NCBI GenBank assembly: GCA_002269645.1
Contig: NIVC01000921.1
Coordinates: 248,001-312,000 of the forward strand
DNA: 64,000 bases
Source of the DNA: Macrostomum lignano
Lineage: Eukaryota
Direction of reading: 5' to 3'
Positions 47,225 through 64,000 of this stretch are shown in pieces; position 1 is the first letter of the stretch, and each line of letters starts with the position of its first letter. Below the pieces are notes generated by a model. The model had not been told where the DNA came from. It was given only the letters and a program-made list of their open reading frames with translations, and made no database searches. A program made the translations under genes and the position numbers.

Positions 47225-48800
47225 GCCAAGCTTATCAAGCGCAGTAATCCTTTGTTTGCCAAGTGCAATAACCCTTGATTTATCAAGTGCAGAAATCCTT
47301 GGTTTATCAAGCGCAGTAATCCTTAGCTTATTAAGTGCAGCAATCCTTGGTTTATCAAGCGCAGTAATCCGTGGCTTATCAAGTGCAATAATACTTGGCT
47401 TATCAAGTGCAATATTCCTTGGTTTATCTAGTGCAATATTCCTTATTATCAAAATGCAATAATCCTTGGTTTATCAAGCGCAGTAATCCTTAGCTTATCA
47501 AGTGCAGTAATACTTGGCTTATCAAGAGCAATAATCCTTGGCTTATCAAGTGCAATAATCCTTGGCTTATCAAGTGCAATAATATTTGGTTATCAAGTGC
47601 AATATTCCTTGGTTTATCAAGTGCAATAATCCTTGGCTTATCAAGTGCAGTAATCCTTGGCTTATCAAGTGCAGTAATACTTGGCTTACCAAGAGCAATA
47701 ATCCTTGGCTTATCAAGTGCAATAATCCTTGGCTTATCAAGTGCAATAATATTTTGTTTATCAAGCGCAGTAATCCTTAGCTTATCAAATGCAGTAATCC
47801 TTAGTTTATCAAGCGCAATAATATTTGGTTTATCAAGTGCAATAATCCTTGGCTTATCAAGTGCAGTAATCCTTGGCTTATCAAGTGCAGTAATACTTGG
47901 CTTATCAAGTGCAATAATCCTTGGCTTATCAAGTGCAATATTCCTTGGTTTATCTAGTGCAATATTCCTTATTATCAAAGTGCAATTATCCTTGGCTTAT
48001 CAAGTGCAGTAATCCTGGGCTTATCAAGTGCAGTAATCGTTAGTTTATCAAGTGCAATAATATTTGGTTTATCAAGTGCAATAATACTTGGCTTATCAAG
48101 TGCAATAATCCTTGGCTTATCAAGTGCAGTAATCGTTGGTTTATCAAGTGCAATAATATTTGGTTTATCAAGTGCAATAATACTTGGCTTATCAAGTGTA
48201 GTAATCCTTCGATTATCAAGTGCAGTAATCAGTGGCTTATCAAGTGGAGTAATCCTTGGCTTATCAAGTGCAATAATCCTTGGCTTATCAAGTGCAATAT
48301 TCCTTGGTTTATCTAGTGCAATATTCCTTATTATCAAAGTGCAATAATCCTTGGCTTATCAAGTGCAGTAATCCTTCGCTTATTAAGTGCAGTAATCGTT
48401 AGTTTATCAAGTGCAATAATATTTGGTTTATCAAGTGCAATAATCCTTGGTTTATCAAGTGCAATAATCCTTGGTTTATCAAGTGCAATAATCCTTGGTT
48501 TATCAAGCGCAGTAATCCTTGGTTTATCAAGTGCAATAATCCTTGGTTTATCAAGTGCAATAATCCTTGGTTTATCAAGCGCAGTAATCCTTGGTTTATC
48601 AAGTGCAATAATCCTTGGTTTATCAAGTGCAATAATCCTTGGTTTATCAAGTGCAATAATCCTTGGTTTATCAAGCGCAGTAATCCTTGGTTTATCAAGT
48701 GCAGTAATCCTTGGCCTATCAAGTGCAGTAATCCTTAGTTTATCAAGTGCAATAATTTTTTGTTTATCAAGTGCAGTAATCCTTGGTTTATCTAGCATCA
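47225..48800. repeat. 24-bp minisatellite TTATCAAGTGCAATAATCCTTGG(T/C)
   Basis: Period 24; the source of the RIIALDKP repeat ORFs. Confidence 0.95.
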
Positions 48801-49946
48801 TAATCCAGGTCTTTTTAATTAGTCCTTTAATAAAAGCTTTCAATAATAAATTTATGCTACTTTTATTTTTTATTACACTTCTAAGATTCGAACCCAGGTT
48901 GCTGCATTAGCAATCCAGTGTGTTTACATCTAGGCTAGCTCTCATTGAAATTATAAATGAATTTGTAGCACTTATAATTCAACACTCACACCAAGTCTAT
49001 TGAGTTAAAGTCACACGAAGCAGTTATATGACATAATCAATTTCTTAGGCAAGTCAGTACCAGTCTCTATTAAAGTTAGCAATATGGTTACGCAATATAA
49101 ATCAAGAATTGTGCTATGCTTTCACACTGCGTTTTCAATACTGTGACGCAATTCAAATCGGTGTCAAAATTCAGCCAGTACACAGACTGAATAAATAAAA
49201 AGCCTATTGTGATGCAATCTATTTCAGAATCAGAATTCAACCAGTCAGTTTTTTCTCTAGCATTCTTACAATGCATTTCAAGTCGAAAGAGCTGCTTGAC
49301 CTTTGCAAAAAAGCATGTTTTTCGAATATTTAATCCCTTTAGCATTGACCAATTTCTTAGCCACGATGCATGTACCGTCACGGGAAAATTTCTGATCGAA
49401 CAGTGCAAGTTCGAAGAAAATCGGTTGAGCCGTTTTTGCTAAAATCGATCGCATACCTAGATAGAAAGCTTAGTCTCAATGTCCAACTGCTGGTCATATG
49501 CGGAGGGTGTTCCAAGTGGGGTCTGGCTTTTGCACTTTCGAGCGTGCGCGGGTGTTGTCGGATGTTGCGTTGTGCCCTTTCTATTGTTGTGCAAAGCCGG
49601 ATCGCAACCCTAGTTTTCCAGCGGACGAGCAATGTGATGGCGTCAGTTAACTGGCCTGACTGACTTCGGACTCGGAGCGTGGGATCGCGTCAAAGAGGCT
49701 TGGTCAGCCCGTCCCTATGGCACAAATCGAACCCAGCCAGTCCCACAAATAAGTAAGAAACGCGACTCACTCTCGACTTCAACACAACAGCGGCAACGGC
49801 GGCGGCAGGGGCGGATTCTCTCAAATTCTGGCAGTGCAACTTCTAAGCAGAGATTGATGTTTAGTTCAGTTGTTGCGGTGGTAGTTGCTGAGCCTAGCTC
49901 GGCACCAAGGTGGCCTCCCCTACCGCCGCTCATGCAAACATATATA

Positions 49947-55204
<5,258 letters not shown>

Positions 55205-56149
55205 TATATATTTGCGCTAGCTGGTTAAGCCTCGGGGGTTGGGCCCAGCTAGCCAAAACTACAAAAACCGCAACTTACAGACCCGACGGGGTCGTGATTA
55301 GCGAAAACTAGCATCTAATTACTTGGCTGGGCCGCCAGCCAATCGCCAGAAAGGGGGGTGGGGCGGCGCGCGTAAACAACTGACGGGGGAAAAAGTGCAG
55401 TGACGGGTGCACTTACTGCAAGCCTGACATGGCTAAGCAGTGCAGATGCACCCCGACACAACACTATCCTCTTGTGTGCAAGCGACCGTCCCTCTCCGCC
55501 TGCTGAGGGTTTTTAATGCCGCCTTGGTTTGAGTGTTGGCTCTGTGTTCCCGATCTCGCTAGCTGTGAAGTTATGAACCGAGTACGCAAACGAGACGAGT
55601 ATTTGCAAATTGGAAGTAGAAAAACACACGCGAACTCTTTATTAAATTGAATTCACTGAGTCAGCATAAATTACAAGAGTGAGATTAGGGGTGGGTGCCG
55701 CACTGGCCAACAGAGAGAAATTGAGTTAGGTAACTCCAGCCCCCGACGCTGGGGTGGCAAGGGTGCACTAGAACTAAAACTCAAACAACAAATAATAATA
55801 ATCTGAGTGAACTATTAAGTGGCCAATGCCATACGCATAACTAAGCTATCTTACACTAGCTATTTATCAATTTTAATAGTTGCTTCCCTCGTGTTCCTCA
55901 CCATTCCGGTTCTCACGTCATGTTCCTCCTCGGGAGGAAATTTTCTGACTTTTCTGCCCCCCCCCCTTGGCATTCACACTTGGAATGCACAGAGAAACCT
56001 TTGCTTAAATTTTAAAATTTTCTTGTTTGAACCTAATTTATGAAAAAAAATTATAATCCATCGCCCTGAATATGACTAATCTAGGTCGAAACGCATAGGA
56101 AATAAAAATAAATGTTGATAATACCAGTCATTTTTCTATTGCTTTTAAC

Positions 56150-58390
56150 GGAAGGGCGCAAAAAGCCCGTGGCGCTGATTCTGGCCGGTGACACCCAAGA
56201 GGAGCGCAGGAATGATTTGCGCGACTTCTTCGCCGGCATCGTGAACGCGCCCGCGTCGCCGCTGCCCACCAGCTTTTCGCTCCCACTGGACACGCCGGTC
56301 CCAGCTGAGGAGGACTTCTGCACAAGCCCAGTCACCAAGGAGGACGTTGTGCTGTTCGCTCTGAAATCACCAGGCGGCAAGGCTCAGCTGTGTGGCCTCC
56401 CAGGTCGCAAGCGTCATGAACCGCGTGCTCGCCGGCGCCCCTGCATCCACCGAGTGGACTGTCGCGCACATCGTGCCGATCCCGAAGAAGGCAGGGACGA
56501 CGCGGAAAGAAGACCACCGCGGGATCTTGCTGATGTCCTGCACCGCGAAGCTCTTCAACCGGCTGCTGCTCGATCGTCTGCAGTCTGTGCTGGACCCGTA
56601 CCTGCGGGGGTACGAGCAGAACGGATTCCGGCTGCAACGCGGTACAGTGACACAGATTCTCGCACTCCGCAGTGTCATCGAGGAGGCGCGCATCCGCCAG
56701 TCTACGCTGATCATTGTCTTCGTTAACTTTCGAAAGGCGTTTGACTCAGTGTTGAGAGACGCGCTTACCTTTGTCCTTCGAGCATAACGAGTCCCGCAGC
56801 AGCTAATCGACGCTGTCGATACTGCGATACTCGAGCTGCTGTGGTGACGGCGGACGGCCTGTCTGACCTGTTCGACACCTCATCAGGAGTTCTGCAGGGC
56901 GACGCGCTAGCGCTGTTCCTCTCTCTCTCTATCTCTCTCTCTCTGAACCGCACGTCCCGATGTCAGCCGGGCTGCGAGGGACGGGGCGCTAGATGCGCCC
57001 CAGCCTGCGAAGTAGGTCGATGGTCGTTTTCGCGTCCGCCAGAAGGGCATCTTGCTCGCCGGGGCGGGCCGCGAACCCTCTTGGGCAGTCAAACAGGATT
57101 TGTTGCTCGGTGTCACGTGCTCCGCAGTCCGGGCACACGTCGGAGTCGGACAGGCCGAGCCGGAATCTGGTGGCGGCGGCGAGGTTGCTGCAGCCGGCAC
57201 GGAGCTGGTTGACCAGGACCTCTAGTCTCCTCGGGAGGGCTAGGAGCCTTGGCCACGGAGCCTTGCGGCCCCAAAGCTCGAGATCTAGTTTTCGTCTTTT
57301 TCGGCAGAGGTAAGCACTGGCTGCCATGAGGGGCGCGTCATGATTGCTCTGATCAGCGGTCGCCAATCTAGCCGCCCTGTCTGCGCGTTCATTCATCGGG
57401 ATGCCGCAGTGAGCCGGTATCCAGGTGATGCGGATGGAGTGTCCGTTACTCTGGTTCCAAATTTCGGATACGAGCCGGCTGTTGCTGCGCTGGCCCGCCA
57501 TGATGCTGTGAATGGCCGCCTAGGAGTCGGTGAAAATGTCGATACATTGATGTTCTCTAGTATTCTGAATGGCCAGCAGGATGGCTTGTAGCTCTGCCTG
57601 GGTGCTGCTGCAGATATTCCCTGCAGCGCTGGTGACGACCCGGCCCCAGGATGGAGTGATGATCACCGCTGTAGTCGGTCCAGACGCTAATCGGGTGGGA
57701 GCCGCGCTCCTCGAGGTACCTCAGTGCTGTTGCGCTGCGGAGAGCGCCGTTCCTCTTCGTGCTGCTGCTGGACTGGGTTCACCTACCTCGGCGGTCTGGT
57801 ACTCCACGTGGTGAAAGTCCTCCGGCGGCGCAGAGGACTTGCCTGAACGACCTTCCGTTCGATCCGAGCCGTCCCTCAGTCCGAAGCGCTGCCCGACCGC
57901 CAGACAGCTTGGCTGTGGTAGGCGATGGTCGAAACCATCCTGCTATACAACGCCGAGACGTGGACGCTGACGGCTACGCTAGAGCGGCAGCTGGACTCGG
58001 CACACTCAGGGCTGCTCCGTGCGGCCTTTCGAGCTGACGAGAGCGTCGAGACCGAGGCCCTGTACGATCGGGCCAAGCTGCGGCGCCCGTCCATCATCCT
58101 GCGCCGGCGGCGACTTCAACTGGCGGGCCACGTGATCCAGGCCGAGGGCTACTGCCCCCAACCTGTTCAGGACGTCCTGCTGCTCACCTTGCAGGGCCCG
58201 TTCAGGCGGGGTCAGGCCCGAACCCGTCGATATGTGGACTGCCTGCTATGCGAAGCAGGGGCGCCCGACACTGCCAATGGGGCGAACTTTGTCCGTTCTC
58301 AGGATCTGCGGCGCTCCATCTGACGCGCCCTGCTCTCACTGGGACGCTGCATGCGAGCTGCGTATTTTGTTTGTGCTGTTGTTTGTTTTA
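56150..58390 (+). mobile_element. RTE-clade LINE relic (copy 2), same interruption as copy 1
   Basis: Near-identical to 33560-35790, with the same RT motifs and the same antisense insert. Confidence 0.8.
56920..57750 (-). mobile_element. 3' fragment of an RNase H-bearing LINE nested in RTE copy 2
   Basis: Near-identical to 34332-35150; ORF 56989-57501 carries the RNase H C-terminal half and CPDCG...ILFDCP. Confidence 0.75.
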
Positions 58391-58533
58391 CAGTGCCAAT
58401 TCAGAAAAGGCCTTAATAACGAGTGCGTCCTTCGCGAGCAAGACAGAAATTCTTCGCGGCATCCCCGGAATGAGGCACCGCAAAAATCTTGAGGAAGACT
58501 TTTGGCGCAGGCCTGGCGCAGTTTCATGACAAT

Positions 58534-58727
58534 GGGCCGTATGCAGAAAGCTTGGTCCAGACTAGCTAGTCCGGACTTGGGTAGTTCAGTCTATGGTCTA
58601 TGGTCTAGCTGCCCTAGTTCTGTCTATAGTAGACCAGTCTAACTTTGTGTTTCTGCACACCAAATCCAAGTCCAGACTAGCTTTTCAAGACCGGAATACC
58701 CTAGACAGAGCTTTCTGCATACGGCCC
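58534..58727. mobile_element. MITE with perfect 19-bp TIRs (PIF/Harbinger-like)
   Basis: TIRs are GGGCCGTATGCAGAAAGCT and AGCTTTCTGCATACGGCCC, flanked by AAT/ATT. The paralogous site near 35925 is empty (atgacattgtgtgg). Confidence 0.8.
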
Positions 58728-60237
58728 ATTGTGTGGCTCTTTACACTCTCAAAGGAAGGTCCGATAGAAGCTACTTACTGGCGCAAAGGGTGGCGACTTC
58801 AATGTAATTGAGTATAGCTACAGATTATACCGGAAAAAATCATCAAATATTTTAACACATGAGTATAACTCCTCTGATTGATTTTAACAAAAAACTTCAC
58901 ACTCGGTAATATGTTAAAAGTGTCCACCCCAAGTTAAATTGGTCAACAAATGTGAGCTTTAATCCAACTCTAGCTATAACTCACCAGCCTAAGCCAGGGC
59001 CTTGTGACGCAAATCACCCTCATGGTTGACAAGAGAACCGCAGGCGTGGCGTGAATTGCGGCACTTGGTGCTGACGCCTGAGAAAAGTTGACCAGTGGTT
59101 CAGGGTGGAGACTTGGTGGGTGCAAACTGAATAAAGAGCGTACATACCTAACGGTGGAAAAGTTTCTGTACCAGAAATTGATAATTCGTCTGAATGTTTT
59201 CCTTTGCTTCAGTTTCTCGCTTAGATGCCATTTGGATATCGAAAACTGATCGGCTCCTGAGTCCGCGATGTTGAGCTTTTTAATCGCTTTTACGAGCGTA
59301 ATAACCGAGTGCTCACTGCTTCAGATGAGTTCCATGCAAGGATTTTAGAGTGATGAGCTGTTCATCATCGGGCTCGTGTGAATTCGAGATGCATCAAAGG
59401 CATCAACAGAATGAAGATCTGTCTGTCATCCGTGTGATTCCTTCGATTTTCTCTGAATGATCAGCAGGTATCCGGTCCGGTTTGAATGATAAGCTTGTCT
59501 TAAATTTAATCGCTCAAAATCCATTCACTGAGCCTACCTCATTTGGATTCCAAGTTGCGCAAAAAATCAAGCCAAATGAACAAAAATATGGATAAGAAAC
59601 TGACAGATGGCGATCCCACCATGCAGTTATACGAAGAGCGTAATATAAGAAGCCGAGAGAGTAGCAATTTATTCAATAAAAATTTCAATTTACTGATTGG
59701 CAACTGTCAGAGAAGCATGCAGAATGGGTATTGAGCTACTTGAGTAAACTAAATTAGTGGCCATATATTTGTCTAAATAAACCCTTGGCCCACAACTCAT
59801 TGAACACCGCAAACTAAGCAGTAGATAGATTTCAATCAAGGCAGATTGATTAAACGGTAGAAAAATCACCCAGCACGATAAAAGGAAAGCTAGAAAAACA
59901 TCTTGAATATGCATCATTGTGTAGTACTTACTCTTCTAATATCTGTGAAAAACCATTATGGTGGCACAATTGAAACAGCTTTCAAACCATTCCACCAAAA
60001 CTGAGTTATAGAATTCCAGTTTGTACTGCGTTTGTACTACTTGTCATTTACATGTACGCGAAGTGGGTCTAAACGGCAGAAAGCAACCATTTTCCTTGTA
60101 AATTAAAATTGAGCTAATTTTTTTATAATTTAACCAAACTTGGCCACTGGATCAGCTAGTAGTATAGTTAGTATAGTGAGCAATATTGAGTAAGCAATGC
60201 ATGGTTAGCATTATTGAAATCATCCTAGTAAGAGCGT

Positions 60238-63200
60238 CTAAGACTCCAGCGAGTCCACAATTTTCTGCAGGGATTCTACAGCTGCCTTCGCTGTCGGCCT
60301 GGAGTCTGGAGTGCCGCTCCAGCAGCTCTCCATCAGGTCCCACAGCTGGTCGGACATGTTGGGCAGCCGCGTCGGCCTGCAGTCCAGGGCGCCGGCGAGC
60401 AGGATGGCTCCGACACTGGGCATGATCTCGACGTACTCCGGGTGGCGCTTTCCCGTGCCTTCGCTGTGGATTTAAATCAATGGCATCTCGCATCAATGCT
60501 CGAGAATCTCTGCTTGCTCGTCCGCTACCTCAGGGCTACCGGAAGAGTGATCACCCACCTCTTGGACTCTCCAGGGCGACTGCGCTGCAAGATATCTGGC
60601 ATTCCAACTGTCTGCAGCGGCCCCTCAGGCAGTGTAGAATTCCTCACGAGCTATTACCCCCTAATAATAATTTACCCCATTACCTAATAACATCGCGCAA
60701 TCTTTTTTGAACTTACAAAAGATACCAAAGAGCGATTCCAAGACTGAAGACGTCCGCGCTCGTGTGGTAGCTCTCGCCTCGGACCAGCTCAGGCGCAAGG
60801 TAGATTGGCGTTCCAACTAAGGTTCGGTTTACAAAGCCTGTACTCTTCACGAGTCCGAAGTCCGACAGCTTCACTTGTCTTAAATCTTCACTCACCTTAG
60901 GGTTTGTAAGGGTTTGTGGGCTGTTAAAATCATAAAAAACAGTCGGTCCACTCTCAAAAAAATGCTTACGAGGACGTTGGCGAGTTTCACGTCTCTGTGA
61001 ATCAGCTCGCTCGAGTGAAGGAACTGAAGGGCCTTCGCCAGCTCCAAGCCGATCTTCAGGCGCTGTCGAACAGGCAGCCTGTGGCGCTGCATCAGATTCC
61101 AGGCGTCGCAGCACATCAGCTCCATGTAGATCTCTACTGTCCATCGCTTCTCATCAGGTTTGCTTTTGTGGAGCCTCACGCCGACTACGTGCACGAGATT
61201 ATCATGCTCGAGAACGCTGGAATGTAACAACTTCTCATGCTATTATGAGAACTAGAAGTTATGCGATCGAAATATGTGCACTATATCTACTCAAGTATAG
61301 TAACTTACCTGCTGTGGTACACTTCCGTTGCGATATCGTCAAGACTAGGCTCGTCGGATACGATTCTCTTGGCCGCTAGCGCTGGCTCTCCGCTCTCGTT
61401 CAAAACTCGGAACACCTCACCTTGCGCTCCGGATCCGAGATTTCCTTCCGTGTCGATTCGGAACCCGCGGTACTTGTACTTGGAGATAACATCCATCGTA
61501 AGCATATGCAGTCGAGCAACTCGTGGGTATAGAGTCTTGATCTCGGATCGCTCCTTCTCGGTCAGCTTCATACAGCTTTCGACTAGTTGCTCCGATGAAG
61601 CAATGTTGTCAAGAAACTCTCTGTGCTGCTTTTCGAACCATTCTTTCAGCGAGGTGATGAGGCACTCGACAAGATTTTCTTTGCTGATTGTACCTGAAAC
61701 AAATGAAGACAAATAGCTGATTGTGCAATGGTAGCCTAGATAATTTAATTGAAAAGCGAGTAGTTCGACCGTTTATACCATAGAAAATGACAATGTCTGA
61801 CATACAAAGTTTATTACTAACCTAGATACTTTTCTGCCTGATATTCCTTCCACTTTTGATCCTGGATCGGTGTGGAGATTGACAGAACGAGACCTGGATT
61901 TCTTACCATCTGTCTCACGAAATGCTTTATCCTGAATATTATAACATTCAAAGGACCCAATAAGAAGTCCTTTGACGACAACGAGTAGCCTTCGAGAAGC
62001 GTCTTCTTTAACACCTGGTACGCGGGCGTCTGTTCCACATCCTTTTCGTACTCTGCGACTTTCTGCTTTAAGTCGTCGAATTCCTGTAGGCACAATCTCA
62101 GAGCCCCATCTTTGAGGAAGTCGCAGAATGACGCAATAATTCTGTCGTTGATGAGAGCATGAATCTCATCGACGCACTTCTTCTCAATGTCTTTCTGAGA
62201 CATATCGGCTGAAATCACCGATTCCGAGTACTTCAGCGCTCTGACTTCGTCGAGAATGAGCGGCTTTCTTTCGGCGAAGAATAGACCTGCTTGTCTCAAC
62301 AGCTCGTCTCGATTTTTCTCCACGATGCTCTTAGACTGCTGGTGGATCTCCTGCTCCAGGCTCTTGATTTGGTAGAGCGCCTTCTTCTTGCGCAAGTTCG
62401 ACTCTTTGATGTTGGTGGCCTTGTCCATGAACAGTGTGAGAATCTCGCTTTGAATGCGCCTCAGGCCGCCACCAGAACTCACGATGAGGTTTCGAAATTG
62501 ATCCTGAGCGAACTTGAGAATTCTCGTCTTGACCTCCTCGAATCGTCTGACCCACTTTGAGTTCTCCATCTCCTTGAGAGCCTCAGGGTCGAGCTTGTTC
62601 TTCTTGATCATGAGTTCCTTTTTGCGACGGAATCGCCTTACTTCCCAACACGAGACGCAAAGGAACTTGTTGCATTTCTCTTTGGTTTCGTTCGGGCTGA
62701 TGTAGCCGAGACGCTGCAGCTTAGAGAAGACGCGCTCAGCCTTCTCTTCTTCAATCTCCTGCGCTGGTCGATTGGCTTCCTGCTCTGTGTCTTTCGAGAC
62801 ATCCATCTTAGTGACAAGATAGAACACCTCAGCGCCAAGCACCGTTTTCTTAATCGTGGTTAAGTCCTTTTGGACCTGCAGTTTTAATATTCAATGCAAG
62901 AATATTGTCAAAGTTTATATTTACAGTTTTATCGTACTCATATATACACAGAATTCTTCTTAGGTGTTAGCTACTAGAAGCAAAAAAAGTAATAACTTCT
63001 ACTTTGAATATACCAGCTCAGACAACAGCTAACTTTTTACTTTTTGGATACATATGCTCTCTCTGTTGACTATACTATGCAGTAGAAAATAGTAAAGAAT
63101 GGGAAGTAGAAAAACACGTCGGGTTTTCCCTGAATGCTTCCATTTCAATAACCAGCATCGATTGTCCTACGGTAGTACCGCACTGCAAGTGTCAGTTCAT

Positions 63201-63608
63201 TGATAGAATTATGCCAGTTTGTAATGGAACTCACGGCAACGGTGATGCCCGAGTTCGAGTCGATGACGTAGATGATGATCGGTAGAAACGAGTCGATCGC
63301 CCCCAGCGTCAGCGAGTCCAGAGACGAGTTCTCGTTCAGTCCTGGCGAGTCGATGATGTCGATGCCGTGTCGCAGGAACTCGCACTTGATGCCGGCCTCG
63401 ACAGTCGAGCTGATGAGCTCATCATTCTCGCGGTCCTCGTCTTTCAGCTTGACGAGGTCCTCCTCGATTGTCGGCTTCTCGAGGTACTGGACGTCTCCGA
63501 TCTGCTCGCCGGTCTTGGATCGCACGAGCACGTAGATTCGGTCGGAGTAGGTGAGCCGGGTGACTCGGGCGGTGCATGGGGACTGCGACTGGGCCACGAA
63601 GGTTCCGC
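60238..63608 (-). CDS. DSTYK: DSTYK-like dynamin-type GTPase-protein kinase fusion, paralogue C (exon 1 lies beyond the window end)
   Basis: Exons 63235-63608, 61822-62875, 61309-61693, 60970-61216, 60717-60895 and 60238-60463 have the same phases as B. DSPG, TKMD, GSGAQG, HRDVKLAN, DFG and APE are intact. 63630-64000 is homologous to intron 1 of B (45120-45495). Confidence 0.88.
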
Positions 63609-64000
63609 CTGCGAATATCGAGCGCATTTTTTGTTATGAAATTATACACATTGTCCTGGTTTTACTGGCTCAAAGATACTCATCAGCTACCGGATTTTCT
63701 TTCAAGTGAAATCTAAGAATCAAATCTAAAGTGTGGACAGGGATTTCTAGAAGTTTGTCTTCAATTTGAGGAGAATATTATTCTCCAAATAAAATAGTAT
63801 TATTTTTGAATGAAGATTTGGGCATTAATGCTTGTCAAGGCATTGGGAAAAATTTTGCTAGTTTAGCTCAGATAATCTGTGTTCTTATTGGGTGAATATC
63901 CTTTGAGAGGAAAATTAACATTCATCTATATCTTGTATACTACTGGAAGTAGACAACAATTTGCTGTTCCTTCGTAGCAGATCTAAATGGATTTTATCTA

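Noticed and set aside
48880-48940. tRNA-like A/B boxes on the minus strand
   Set aside because: No cloverleaf can be built. It is probably a decayed SINE head and too weak to annotate.

Overview
Eukaryotic, intron-rich animal DNA with GT-AG introns, dense minisatellites and non-LTR retrotransposons. The style resembles the free-living flatworm Macrostomum; that is inference and is not confirmed. No prokaryotic operons or CRISPR arrays are present. I assembled five spliced genes by hand with phase-consistent splice sites: (1) a minus-strand DUF4140/DUF4139 (F37C4.5/MuiA-like) gene at 2.5-14.3 kb, 3'-incomplete, with a different minisatellite in almost every intron; (2) a plus-strand PTB-polyQ-SH2 adaptor (SH2D5-like) at 23.1-25.9 kb; (3-5) three tandem minus-strand DSTYK-like paralogues, A (28.1-32.3 kb), B (41.9-45.9 kb) and C (60.2 kb to beyond the window end). 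Each paralogue fuses a dynamin-like P-loop GTPase, a helical stalk and a C-terminal kinase. This cluster is the most interesting feature. A is a fully open gene whose kinase has lost catalytic motifs (HQD, PFG, broken Gly loop), while B and C keep them. The GTPase core is almost identical in all three even at silent sites, and C is a mosaic of A and B with a variable hydrophobic stalk tip. The spacers contain two LOA/Lian-like LINEs, a duplicated chimeric RTE element, MITEs and SINEs, including a SINE family whose central hairpin shows compensatory base changes.
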